From positions 13,702,001 to 13,766,000 of the forward strand of contig NW_024704750.1 in assembly GCF_018977255.1 (NCBI RefSeq): 64,000 bases of DNA, read 5' to 3'. The translations under genes and the position numbers were made by a program. Every line of letters begins with the position of its first letter. Within the stretch, counting starts at the first letter, position 1. The notes beneath the pieces were generated by a model. The model was given only the letters and a program-made list of their open reading frames with translations, did not search any database and was not told the origin of the DNA. Below, in pieces: positions 46,701 to 58,100 of this stretch. This stretch comes from Callorhinchus milii. Lineage: Eukaryota.

Positions 46701-48717
46701 ATTAGTTATTCGCTTCACACAACATTTAAGCTTTAATCATGTCCATCTACACTGAATTTCAACCCAGGTTCCAGAAGGTTGAGAACAATGTGTTAACTCT
46801 TCAGCTTGTACAATACTTGACAAAGTGATTCAATATAAACCGCCTGCTTCTCACTTTTTAAAATTCTTCTAGGTAAAATAAAAATCCAGGATATTCTAGC
46901 TTGCAGCTTCTTGGATGACTTGTTGGAGGTAAATGATCAACTATGAACACAAATTGAATTCTAACTGTGACATATTTAGCAAATCTAACTTTTTGTCCCT
47001 GTGTTTTGTATTTGAAGCTGAGAGATGAAGAATTGTCTAAGGAAAGTCAAGAATCAAACTGGTTTTCAGCTCCATCTGCACTAAGGGTATACGGTATGTG
47101 TTTGCAGAAATAGAATGTGTAGCTTGCACTGCGGTTAAGACTATGTAATTCAATTATTTGTTTATTTACAATTTAGGTCAGTACTTGAACCTGGACAAAG
47201 ATCACAATGGAATGCTCAGCAAGGAAGAGCTGTCACGTTACGGCACAGGAACTCTGACAAGTGTCTTTCTGGATAGGGTTTTCCAAGAGTGTCTAACCTA
47301 CGATGGCGAAATGGTAATCACTAGTGAATAATTTCAATTCTGTATATAATATATAACTGAGGGCACTGCAACTGAGATTCAACTTGCTCTTACATGTCAT
47401 TCACACATGCAAATTTTTCAAGTAACCAGATATTGATGAGTGTAGCAGGAACATTGGCTTGATTTTCTTTTTCCTCCCTAACCCAGGGTCACTGAGGTAA
47501 ATTGTAGTACCATTACTGTCACTCCAGCTGAGTTCATCTAATGACACATACAAACGGTCAAACCTGCAACCTTCTGGGCTGTGGCTTTCTCAAAACTTTG
47601 AACCCAAACATTTTTGTACAGCTAACTTTTCATCAGTTGCCAACAGATACCTGATGACAGGTACACAAATTATTTAACCAATAGAGCAGACACTACCATT
47701 TCACTGTGATTACAGTATTTATAAGGATTTAGATAACTCACTGTATCAGAAGTTAGGCCATTCAAGCACAAACTGCATATGAAGGATGATATAAATGCCA
47801 GGCTGGAATGTATTGAAATGCTTTTAGATATAAAGGCAAATTGCTGCTTTTAAAATTCATTACTTTTTTTTAGGATTATAAGACCTACCTGGACTTTGTT
47901 CTTGCTTTAGAGAACCGTAAAGAACCTGCTGCCCTCCAGTATATCTTCAAACTACTGGATATGGAAAATAAGGGTTATCTTAATGTTTTCTCTCTCAATT
48001 TCTTCTTCAGGGTGAGTGCTTGTAGTTTTACCTAGTTGGCTTGGAATTTATTTCATAACCTTATACTGATGTACAAGGATTGAGTGAAGTATTGTATGAG
48101 TCATGGTTTGTTTTTCTGTAGGATCATTAAGGACATAGTCAACAACTATTGAAAAGTTAAATTTTTTTAAAAAAATGTACTTTGTAGCAAATGGCAAAAC
48201 AAATGAATGTACATGCAAAAGGTACATGTTTGCACATTAGAAACCAATTTTCGCTTTTCTCTCACTCCCTTCCTATTTCCCCTCAACCATTAATTCTGTA
48301 ATGTGAATGATCACACAGATTTATATTTACAACAGGCTATCCAGGAGCAAATGAAACTTCATGGACAGGAGGCAGTTTCTTTTCAAGACGTCAAGGTATT
48401 TGAGTTATTTGGGGGAATGGGGAACTTTGGTACTGAAGAAGTATGAATTCTTTAAAGGGGAAAAGAATTGGAAATTGAATTTTAAAAAATAATTAAGTTT
48501 GTACTGAATAAGTTGTTTGATTTTGCAGGATGAAATCTTCGACATGGTCAAGCCTAAAGACCCATATAAAATAACACTTCCAGATTTGATAAATAGTGGA
48601 CAGGGCGACACTGTCAGCAGCATACTGATTGATCTAAATGGCTTTTGGACTTATGAAAACCGAGAAGTTCTTGTTGCCAACGACAATGATAGTGGTGCTG
48701 ATCTGGATGATTCATGA
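43768..48717 (+). CDS. PPP2R3C: PP2A regulatory subunit B'' gamma
   Basis: Thirteen exons: 43768-43846, 44561-44688, 45323-45427, 45553-45665, 45883-45980, 46086-46156, 46260-46392, 46873-46928, 47018-47093, 47177-47313, 47874-48011, 48336-48395, 48529-48717. Total 1383 nt = 460 aa; MDWKQMLRNRL...LPAEDEILLQKLREESRAVFLQRKSRELLDNEELQ...EF-hand DKDHNGMLSKEE...GFWTYENRE. Confidence 0.97.
43985..44110 (-). mobile_element. CR1-like LINE 3' end
   Basis: tagaatcgtagaatttacagcatagaaggaggctgttcagcccatc; similar to 53343-53520. Family assignment is from recall. Confidence 0.55.
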
Positions 48718-48928
48718 TTCTGTCAATGGAATTGGGGACAATTTTCCACCCTGAAGGTACAAAGCCGATGCAGCCTCATTTGTAAAGAGCACTTGTACCA
48801 AATTTGCCCTCTCCAACCCTGACCAGTCCCACGCTATATTAATGTAAAACACTGCGACGCTACCCCGCATGAGGGGCGTTATATAAATGCAAGTTGTTAT
48901 GAATTTATATAAATTGTACATAATGTAA

Positions 48929-48963
48929 AATAAACTGATTAGTTTGCATACATTTTTATTAAA
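48929..48963. terminator. Poly(A) signal cluster between convergent PPP2R3C and FAM177A1
   Basis: Plus strand AATAAA 48929-48934 and ATTAAA 48958-48963; minus strand AATAAA 48955-48960. Confidence 0.55.
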
Positions 48964-49378
48964 GTTTTCAGTTTACAAAAATGAGTGGATTCGATTAGAT
49001 TTATAAAGAACAGTTAATCATACTACAAATAAATAACTATGTCTCAAACAATGCAAATACAGTCATTACACTTTACAGTACATCCTGTGAAGCACTTTTG
49101 AGACAACTTCCTGGCGGGAAAGGCGCTATGTCAAACGCAAGGATTGTTAATAATACAAGATTCTACTTCAAAAGTGATAAACAGAGGTGCATCATAAGTA
49201 ACTTTAATGTAAAAAGTAAATTTAAGGGACAAAAGGGTTCATCTTCTGATGTTAATTTCAAGGCACAATTGCATTTGTTTATTTTAGAACCACCGGTAAA
49301 TTAAGGCATATTTATTTCATTCAGAAGGGGGAGGAGAGGAGGTTGGTCCTTGCATTATCTTCCCTATTGTGGCCTCCT

Positions 49379-52300
49379 CTAAGCTGGGATAGAATCCCGT
49401 CTTGCTTTACTTTCCGTTATATTTGTTGGTTCATTTTCTATTTCAAAGCCAACATTGACAAACGAAGGGCTAGCAGCCGGCAGGCTGTCTTGTGAACTGA
49501 TCACCTCTTGTTGCTTCTCCATTTGTTCCCGGTAATGTTTTTCAGCTGCTTCTGACATTTGGTTTTCTTCCTCTTCCTCCTCTTCCTGCCACAACATTTA
49601 CACATTTTTAAGATATGAATGATTTGATTGACATTACTTACAGCTCAAAACACAATGATCTGAAACAAACTTTCAAAAACCACTTGTGACGTTGTATTCT
49701 ACAATACAGGATTCTAACACTATTCTGAAGTTAATGCTATGTGTTGTTCTCCAAGTGCTTTTAGGCGAGTGATCCACCACTCCATCTTAGATCATTTAAG
49801 AAATCACAATGAACTTGGTCACATCATAATACAGTATAACTGGTATTTGTTATGTTATGAAAGATAAACAAGGGAGCTCTATTATACCCCCCTACCCCCA
49901 TTGAGCACTGCCTCACTTACAGTATCTACTGTGGACCATGATGAATAGCTGCCTTCCTACAATAAACAATGGGCAACTACTAACTTGCCAGATCACCAAT
50001 GACGTCACCTTTTGCATGCTATCTGCAGGGAGAGACAGTGATTTACCTTGCTGGGCACTTTGCATGCACAATATGTGCAAGAAGCAATGTCAGTGGCACC
50101 TCTTGCGTATAGTTTGCAGTAAATAGCAGCAGTGACCTGTAAGTTGGCTATGTTTATTAGCAATTTGCTTATAGTGTGGCCTCTGGGCTGTCAGAACCAG
50201 AGAACAGTGTTTATAACGAGGTTGCCCTGGAGTCGCAATAGAATTACATCTCTTTCACAACAAAATGAATAACATTCCTTTTTAGGGTTCTATTGTATAA
50301 AGATTGCAACAGAATGTTGTAAGTTCAGCTCAGTTTATACATGCCATTTCTTTTCACACGTGCAGTTCACCTACCTCCTTCTTTATCCTGTAGTATTCAT
50401 CAATAGCGTACTGGTACTTTGGTGTATTTATACCAAACAAGGAAGCTACCCTTTCTCCCAGGAAGTCACATACTATATATAAAAACAAATATATAATCAA
50501 TCTACAGTGAAGATTAGTTCAACAATTTACATAGATTGTACAGGACTATCCTAACTAGTCCATGCTAGTTAACAAATTTCCACCTCCTGACTCCCTCCAT
50601 AACCCTTCTACTTCATGTGCTTCTACTTCACCTATAGCGTTTAAACATCTTAAAGCATCTTCATAGCAAAGTATTGTCAGATGTAATGATTGTTTCTTTA
50701 GACAAACACGACAGCCAGTCAACATCAAGCAAGGCCCCATACGTAGGGAAGCTCCTTTCCCTTTTCCAGTATCATTTTGGGATCGCAACAGTGCATCTGA
50801 GACAGGCAGACAGGAGCTGGATGTAAGATTTCATCAAAAAGACAAGATCTCAAACTATTTGTACTTGAATATTTCAAAAACAGATCAATGTGTTACAGGG
50901 AATGGACATTTCAATATAAACCACAAACCTCAGCTGCATGCCTGAGGAATAAGAGTAGATACACTTATCACTGCCCTTACTCCTCCTCACCCTTGTCTGG
51001 AAGGTATGTACTCATCATAGGAAACAACTTCACAATTGCTCTCTTGTACCTTGTCCAAGATACCACCAAATGTGAATGTATAATAATCCTTGCATTTGAT
51101 ACAGTGCTTTTCACGTCTTCTAGACTTCTTAAAGCACAAAGAATATATCTGCAGGCTATTGAAGTATGGTGTGGGGGTTAGCACTCAGCTGTTGAAATTA
51201 TGTCTTTTCTACAAAGTAAGAAGCTCCAAAGTCCAACTTAAATGGCTGTGGGATATCAATGTGGCAAAAAAAAATCCGATCCAGTTCAACTCAATCGCTC
51301 ATTCACATACCTGACAATGTTCCTGTAGCAGCTCTCAGCATGTAGAACCAGAGGTATGGCCCCCATGTAAGCTGACTCTGCGAAAAAAAGTAAATCATTA
51401 TTAAAATCTATGATTTTTTTTCTCTATTTCTTACAATTTAAAAAACAAGACCGTTAGATGGACTTTGCCCTTACAGTGTCAATCGCAGGCAACAAGTCTC
51501 TATTTTCAATTTCCCCAGCCTCCTCATCTGTGCTGTATTCTTCCATAGTTTCTCCGCTGGCAAAGTGAATGATTTTCCGAGGAACCTTTTGCTTTTTTGT
51601 ACCCACATCTCCAAGTTCCACACACTCGAATGATTTTCCAGTTGCCTGTAACTTCACACACAAATTCATAACAAGGATTATTATTATAACAATGTGAAAC
51701 AACACTGCAGAAAGCCAGAGACGCGGACTCAAATGAGGTTTCAAATGGGGTAGGCAGATTTCCAAGAAGCATTACTTGAGAAGTTACCGGTACTAAATGA
51801 TATGGGTAAAAGTTAAGGAAACGAGATTAGAAACATGAATTGCTGCTCCATAGTAGCAAAGCGGCAATAGGTTGAAAGATCTGAAATAACAGATAACGGC
51901 TGTTCTGCTCCCCCCCCACCTCTCCGACATCCTAATTGCACATCAGCCTGACCGCTCCCTCCGCTTGGCGGATACCGGACTGCTTCAGGTCCCCTGTACT
52001 TCCCGCTCCACCACCGGCGGTCGGGCATTCGGCATCTCTGCCCCCACACTCTGGAACTCTATCCTGCAACCCCTGCGCCTCACCCCTCTCTTGCCTCCTT
52101 CAAGTCCCACCTAAAGACCTTCCTCTTAAAACGTGCCTTCAGCCGCCCCAACCCCCTGCCCCGCCACCCTTCCTGACCCCCAACTCCCAGCGCGGGTCCG
52201 AAATGCCCCGACTGCCCAGTGCCCTGGGACGTCGTTCCGACGCGAAGGGGTGTTTACAAGTGTGGTTTGTCGTCGTCGCCGTTTACAGTACATCGGTATG

Positions 52301-52980
52301 AAGCATATGATATGCTTGAGACGCCCCGACGACGTGATAAGGCGCTACATCATCTTGCGAGGATTATTTATGATGGGGTATTATTTACTTAACCCGGTGA
52401 CCCAGACCCCGAAGATGACCCAGAGCAGGAGCCTGGAGCAATGACCCAGGATCTGATCCCGGTCCCAACATTATTAGTAGCACTGGTTGGTGGTTTCTCT
52501 GGTGCTGATCTGCGGCCATTATTGTTGTTGTTGTTGTTGTTGTAATCCGACGTATTGGATCCGGCAATTCCAGCGCGGCTCCTGTCCCCTCTCACCGGGA
52601 GGAGGCCGATCACACGGCGGCCCCGGGAGAGGCCGATCACACGGCGGCCCCGGGGGAGGCCGATCACACGGCGGCCCCGGGGGAGGCCGATCACACGGCG
52701 GCCCCGGGCTCTCGCCCCCTGAGGGCCCCGTCACAGCCCTGACAGCAACCGATCGCCCGGCCAGGCCGCCCGCCCGCATAAGCCCCGGTCTTAATTTGAA
52801 CGAGCAGCCCCCACACGGCGCTCCCCAGCCCAGCCCTGCCCCTGCCCTGCCCAGCCGCCCCCTCCCCACAAACCACCATCACCACCACCACCACCTCACC
52901 TTCTCCGAGTCCATGTTGCCGGCAGTCAGGACATTCCCGTGCGCCAAGTACAGGGCGAGTCCCGGTAACTTCTTCGCCAT
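49379..52980 (-). CDS. FAM177A1: FAM177A1 (Golgi-associated protein)
   Basis: Five exons: 52980-52900, 51645-51475, 51377-51311, 50472-50375, 49585-49379. Total 624 nt = 207 aa; KVPRKIIHFASGETMEEYSTDEE, LTWGPYLWFYMLRAA, CDFLGE...PKYQYAIDEYYR, poly-E. Confidence 0.95.
51950..52280 (+). mobile_element. L2 LINE 3' fragment in FAM177A1 intron 1
   Basis: ccaccaccggcggtcgggcattc...ctggaactc...gccctgggacgtc...gacgcgaagggg tail. Confidence 0.7.
52601..52708. repeat. 27-bp x4 CpG-rich tandem repeat
   Basis: (g/a)gaggccgatcacacggcggccccggg, four near-identical copies. Confidence 0.95.
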
Positions 52981-53342
52981 TTGCTGCGATCCCCCCCACC
53001 CCTCCCTCCCTCCCTCGCCCACCGCCGCCGCCCCTCCGCCGCCTTCTTGCCTCACTCGAAAACGCAGCGCAAATGACAGCTCGGCCCAAACCACTGGCCG
53101 ACGCAAACACTTGCCCGGAGTTCACCAGAGCCCAAGCAAATCACATCGCTCTTCACAGCCTCGCGGTCAACAATGAAGACCGGCCCCTCGGGTACAGAAA
53201 TGTGCACACGTCTGCTCCAGCTGCACTGTACACACGGCACTGCCAGCAAATGGGGAGGGGGAGGGGAAGGGCGGGGGGGGGGGGGGGGTGTCGATTTCCG
53301 GGTTCATCATTTACTGAAAGGTGCAAACTGCAAAGAGACCCA

Positions 53343-53520
53343 AGATAGAATCCCACAACACGGAAAGAGGCCATTCAGCCCATGCTAACCTGTGCCAGCT
53401 CTTTGCAAGAGCATTATTATTATTATTGTTGTTATTCGGTTGGACCCACTGGCCCCGCTCTTTGCAACTTTTTTTCCCCCTTTCCTTTCAGGTATCTATC
53501 CAGTTCCCTTTTGAAAGCTA
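53343..53520 (-). mobile_element. CR1-like LINE 3' end
   Basis: atagaatcccacaacacggaaagaggccattcagcccat...tatccagttcccttttgaaag. Confidence 0.55.
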
Positions 53521-53869
53521 TGAGATGGACGGATCACTTGTCTTACCCGATCTCAGTCAGGGTAAAAACGTTGGGGCTTTACAAATGGGTCTTAAAAGCT
53601 CCTGAACCCGGAGACGTGAATCAGATTGTCCGTACCTCGTCACTGCCCCTGCCTGAAAGTGTATTGTGGAGAACAGATACAGCGAACGTATTTACTGGGA
53701 GCTGTGCCGTAAGGCACATCGTTGTCTCAGTGAAGATGTAGTTCTTTAATCCAAATTGATTTTCCCTTCAATGTACATTGACCTTCGACTCGTAGATTGT
53801 TCTTCAATTTGAGGTGAAGGTCGATGTACATTAACTTAAAGGTTGGTACTCTCGCTAGTAGCAGCTCAC

Positions 53870-54130
53870 AGTCCAGACTGACAATCCAATCCTGTCAAGA
53901 GGAAACACTACATTATCAGAGGTGCCATCCTTCAGACGAGACGTTAAACCGAGGTCTCACCTGCCTGTTCAGGTAGATGTTAAAAAAACCCTGGCACCAT
54001 TTGAACAGAAAAGGGAGTCTCTCCTGGTGTGTTGGTCCACAATGTGGGGGCCTAATAAAACTGGTCGCTCGCTCCACGGCTGTTTGTGGGACGTTGTAGC
54101 GCGTCAACTGGCTGCCGCATTTTTTAACGA
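53870..54130 (+). mobile_element. Deu-domain SINE relic
   Basis: cagaggtgccatccttcagacgagacgttaaaccgaggtctcacctgcctgttcaggtagatgttaaaa...ggctgtttgtgggacgttg...ctggctgccgc. Confidence 0.7.
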
Positions 54131-54399
54131 ACGGAATAGTCAAGTCAATCTACGTTCCAGTAATAATAACAATGATAATCCTTGCATTTTACATATCGCT
54201 GAGACATCTCAAGAGCACTCAAAAGTGGATTGACTGCATTTTGCGGGCGAAACCAGTATACCCTGTGAAACGCTTGGGAGGCGTCTCAACGACTTGATGA
54301 GGTCGCTCTTATCAACGGCGAGGATTACTGTGACTACTATTACCATTATTATTAATAATGCTGTACTGTGAAGGGAGCCCGAGTGCCTCTGCTCTGAGA

Positions 54400-54510
54400 A
54401 GGGGGAGGGGCGGGGGGGGGGTGAGGGGCGGGGCGAGGGGGGTGAGGGGTGAGGAGGGAGAGAAGTCACGTGAGCCGCGCCTGCAGTTTGTAAACAGCTC
54501 GCGAGCGGCT
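54400..54510 (+). promoter_or_regulatory. FBXO33 upstream motif cluster (GC boxes, E-box, FOX site, CGCG element)
   Basis: GGGGCGGGG twice, GTCACGTGA 54465-54473, GTAAACA 54490-54496 and GCTCGCGAGC 54497-54506, at the edge of a CpG island. Confidence 0.5.
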
Positions 54511-54960
54511 CTAACGGTGCCGAGGGTGGAGCGCGAGCGACAGGCGGCGTCGGAGGAGGCCAACGCCGGGGAAAACCCGCTGCTGGACAGCGGGGCGTCG
54601 CCGCCGGGGTATTTTTTTTTCCCCCCCCCCGACCCCCGAGTTGGGGGTGGTGGTGGTGAGGAGAGAGAGAGAGAGAGAGAGTAAGAAAGAGAAGAGGAAG
54701 ACGGTCGTGGCGCTCGGTAGGAGGCGTCTGCGCGCGGGCTCTGGCTCGGTGAGAGGCCCTCCCTGGGGAGCAGTGCGCCCGGCCCACCCGCGAGGCCAGG
54801 CCGCTTCCGGTGCCAGGCCACCTCCCTCTCCCCACCCCCACCCCCCCCTCTCTCTCTCTCTCTCTCTCCCTCCCTCCCTCCCTTCCCCCCACTCCTCCTC
54901 CACCACCACCACCACCACCAACTCGGAGCCACAGGCAGAGCAGAGACAGAGCGCGGAGCC

Positions 54961-54978
54961 ATGAAAAGGCGGCGCTGA
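54961..54978 (+). other. Candidate uORF (MKRRR*) in the FBXO33 5' leader
   Basis: gccATGAAAAGGCGGCGCTGA, ending 147 nt before the main ATG. Confidence 0.45.
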
Positions 54979-55125
54979 GGCAGCTGTAGGCCTCCGAGAG
55001 AGAGAGAGAGAGCGATCCCCCTCCCCCTTTCCCCGGGGAGTAGCCGAGCCATCCTTTCATCCCTCCCTCCCAGGCCAAGCACAGCAGCCCCTTTTGCACT
55101 CCCACACCTCCCCCTGGACTCCTCC

Positions 55126-58100
55126 ATGGCTCTGTGCGGGGGCCCGGCCCCGGCCGTCGCGCTGCCCTGCGAAGTCATCGTCCACATCTTCTCCTTCCTA
55201 TCGCCCTGGGACAGGCTGCGGGCCTCGTCCGTCTGCACCAAGTGGCGGGAGTGTCTCTTCTACCCGTCCCTGTGGCCCGAGCTCCGGCTCCGGCTGCGGG
55301 GCTGCTCCGGCGAGCGCTGCCGCCTCGAGTTCCTCATGAAGAAGTGCGGCTCGTTCGTGCGGGAGCTGCGGGTGGAGTTCGAGAGCTCCGAGAGCCCGCT
55401 GCTGGGGCTGGGGCCGGGGGGAGACGGTGGTGGCGGTGGCAATGGAGGAGGAGGAGGAGGAGGGGACCCGGGCTCGGAGCCGTTGAAGACTTACATGGAC
55501 GAGGTGCTGTGTGTCCTGAGGAGCGTGAGGAGCAACCGCAATCTGCAGAGGCTGAGCGTGTTCGGAGACGTGTACCTGCAGGAGCAGGACGATAAACAGT
55601 CACACGAGTAGGTATCAAAGTTACACCTTAAACTCCTCTAATATTACCGACCCCCCCCCCCCATCATCATCGCCGCCGCTTCACGTCCACCAGAGTAAAG
55701 GTATCAACAAAAACCTCCCCCAAACAAGAAAGAGTAAGTGTGCACGGCTGGAGCATCGCCTCTACTCGGTGAGGGAAGCCACAGCTTGGCTCGACTAACT
55801 GATGTAACGCAATGCTTGCATTTACCGTCTGTTATTGTTCTCCGACCCCCCCCCCCCCGCCCTCCCGCGCAATTTCACGCGATTTGAGGGGGGAATAATT
55901 AATACCGGGTCCCGAAGAGCAGTAATGGTAGGACCTTAAAAGCACCTTGATTGCATTTTGAAAGTCCCTTTCTGTGTTGCAAGTTGTACGTCGATTGCAC
56001 TGGCCTTTTAAGAAGCCTTTAATGCCCCTGTTAACGTTTTTTTAAAAAAAATTATTTAATCTACTGTTGTCTGTTTGGGACAATACGGACTCCTCGGAGG
56101 CTCGTGGGTACTCTGGGTATTTATTGTCACTTATTTAACTGTTGAGGGAAGCTTCCTTAAGTGATGCAGAAAACTTCCCTCTCGAGAAGACTGGAGTACT
56201 GTATTTGCAAAGTTCTCCATTTTGGAGTGTCAATGTAACGTGACACTAGATTTTAAATACTGTCTAAATAGTTTTGTATTACACGGTTATGGAAAATGGG
56301 TGCAATATAGTTTCATCTCTTGGGATCTCAATAATTTCTTCGGGTCTGGGCTTTTTATAAAAAAATGTAGGTCTCATACCAGTGGAATCTTTGTCCCCTT
56401 TTTAAAGGTAAAGTTTCCTAGCATATAGTGTGCTATAGGGTTTGTTATGTGTAGAACATGCAGTACAAAGTATATATGTTTTTAAAAAATGCACTTTCTT
56501 GGTCTACCCACAATATTGAAGGATGTGGTTTTTTTAAGAGGCAACTTCCTGACTTAACTGTACACTGATGTAGAGGCTAATATATATTTTGAATTAACAA
56601 CTTTGAGAAATACTTACCTGTTTACTGATAACTGTTACAACTTTCACAGGTATGAAAGAACTGGATGTGTTGGTTATAAGTTGTTTAAGGGTGGTGGGAG
56701 AATGAATATATATGTATTATTGAGATTTTTTTTAAAAATTACATTTTGATGTGTGGGAAACTGAACCTAGCTTCCTGTGGTTAAATATGTCATTTGTTAC
56801 TTGCAACTTTACTGATGGTGCTGACTTGTTTTGCAAGTGCATTACCCCACTGGCTATTCAAACGTGAGCTTAGTTTCACATCTTGACAGGTGTTGCTTGT
56901 TAGTGGAGCCTTGTGTTTACTTTTACTTCCAATCATTGCCAAAAAGCCCCAAGTCCACAGTAGGACCATGACATTTGCATCAGGATTGAACCTCGGGCCT
57001 ACTTGATCTGTATTAGCCTAGTTTCACACTGGCCAGGCAACTTTTTTTTAAAAAAGCCATTGCAAGTGCATCAGCAGGATTTTAAAAGCAAAAAATTTGG
57101 GGGTTTGTTGCTGCAGTTAAGTGCCTGCCCTCTTGCTCAGCTTTATTGCAGAAAAAGGTTATGTTAGAATCACAGATGCATATAACTTACGGCAGATATG
57201 GAAAACCTGGCGCAGCACATTTGTGTATCAACTTGTTGTGCCGTGGAATGGTGCGATGGGAATTTGCACCTGCAGTCTCATAATCTCTATTTTGGCAGGA
57301 TGTTTGTAAGGTGTTAGGAATTTCCCCTAGGAGAGAAGATTGCTCGGAGCATCAACTGAGGAAACAGGCGCCACTTTATAGCAGGAGGTTTTGCAGAGAT
57401 CAGACTTCAGTTTGCCTGCTGCTTGTTCCTTCAACCAAAGTATTAATCTAAAAAATGTATTTTAAATCAGGAACTGGTCTCAAGTTTCACTTCCTTTGTT
57501 TTCAATTAATGAACAATGTAGTAAATTATCTTTTGAGCCTTCTGATAACATGCTTGTTCCAATGCTTGTAATGTGTTTAATGAATACTCTCCATTTCCCA
57601 TCTGAATTACTCGTGATTACTGGGATTCTAGAGATCTAAATGTCATTTGTATTTTATATGACCAGAGCTGAGAAGGAATTTGTGAAAACGAAAGTAGTGA
57701 ATGTTGAAGTATTTATTTATACTTTCTGGCAGAATAGAAGTCAATTGGTTATCTTGAAATTTGAGCAAATAGTGAAACAAATTATTAAGTGCTTTCCTAC
57801 CATTCTGTTTGCGGTCCTACCCAGGAATACGAATATTACTGAGTTGTTTTCTATTTAAAATTGCAGTTATGATTAATTGTACAGAAATCCAACATTTAAA
57901 TATATTCTGTTGAGTCACAGGTGCCACCGATTTATCTCCAGCGGAAGTCCCTCTTTTCCTGTTTCCCCCCCCCCCAAACTCCATTCTCGTTTTGTGGTCT
58001 TCCCCAGAGCACAATGTATGGGAATGTGGGGCAAGAGAACACAACTGGAGTATATGTTGTTGAGTTGAAGAACCAAGTTCACCAGCACTGCAAACATTAT

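Noticed and set aside
49937-50040. ATGATGA as a possible snoRNA C box in a FAM177A1 intron
   Set aside because: No CTGA D box or terminal stem at a suitable distance.
52389-55241. Several 100-300 aa ORFs over the FAM177A1/FBXO33 promoters
   Set aside because: Low-complexity CpG-island sequence with no homology.
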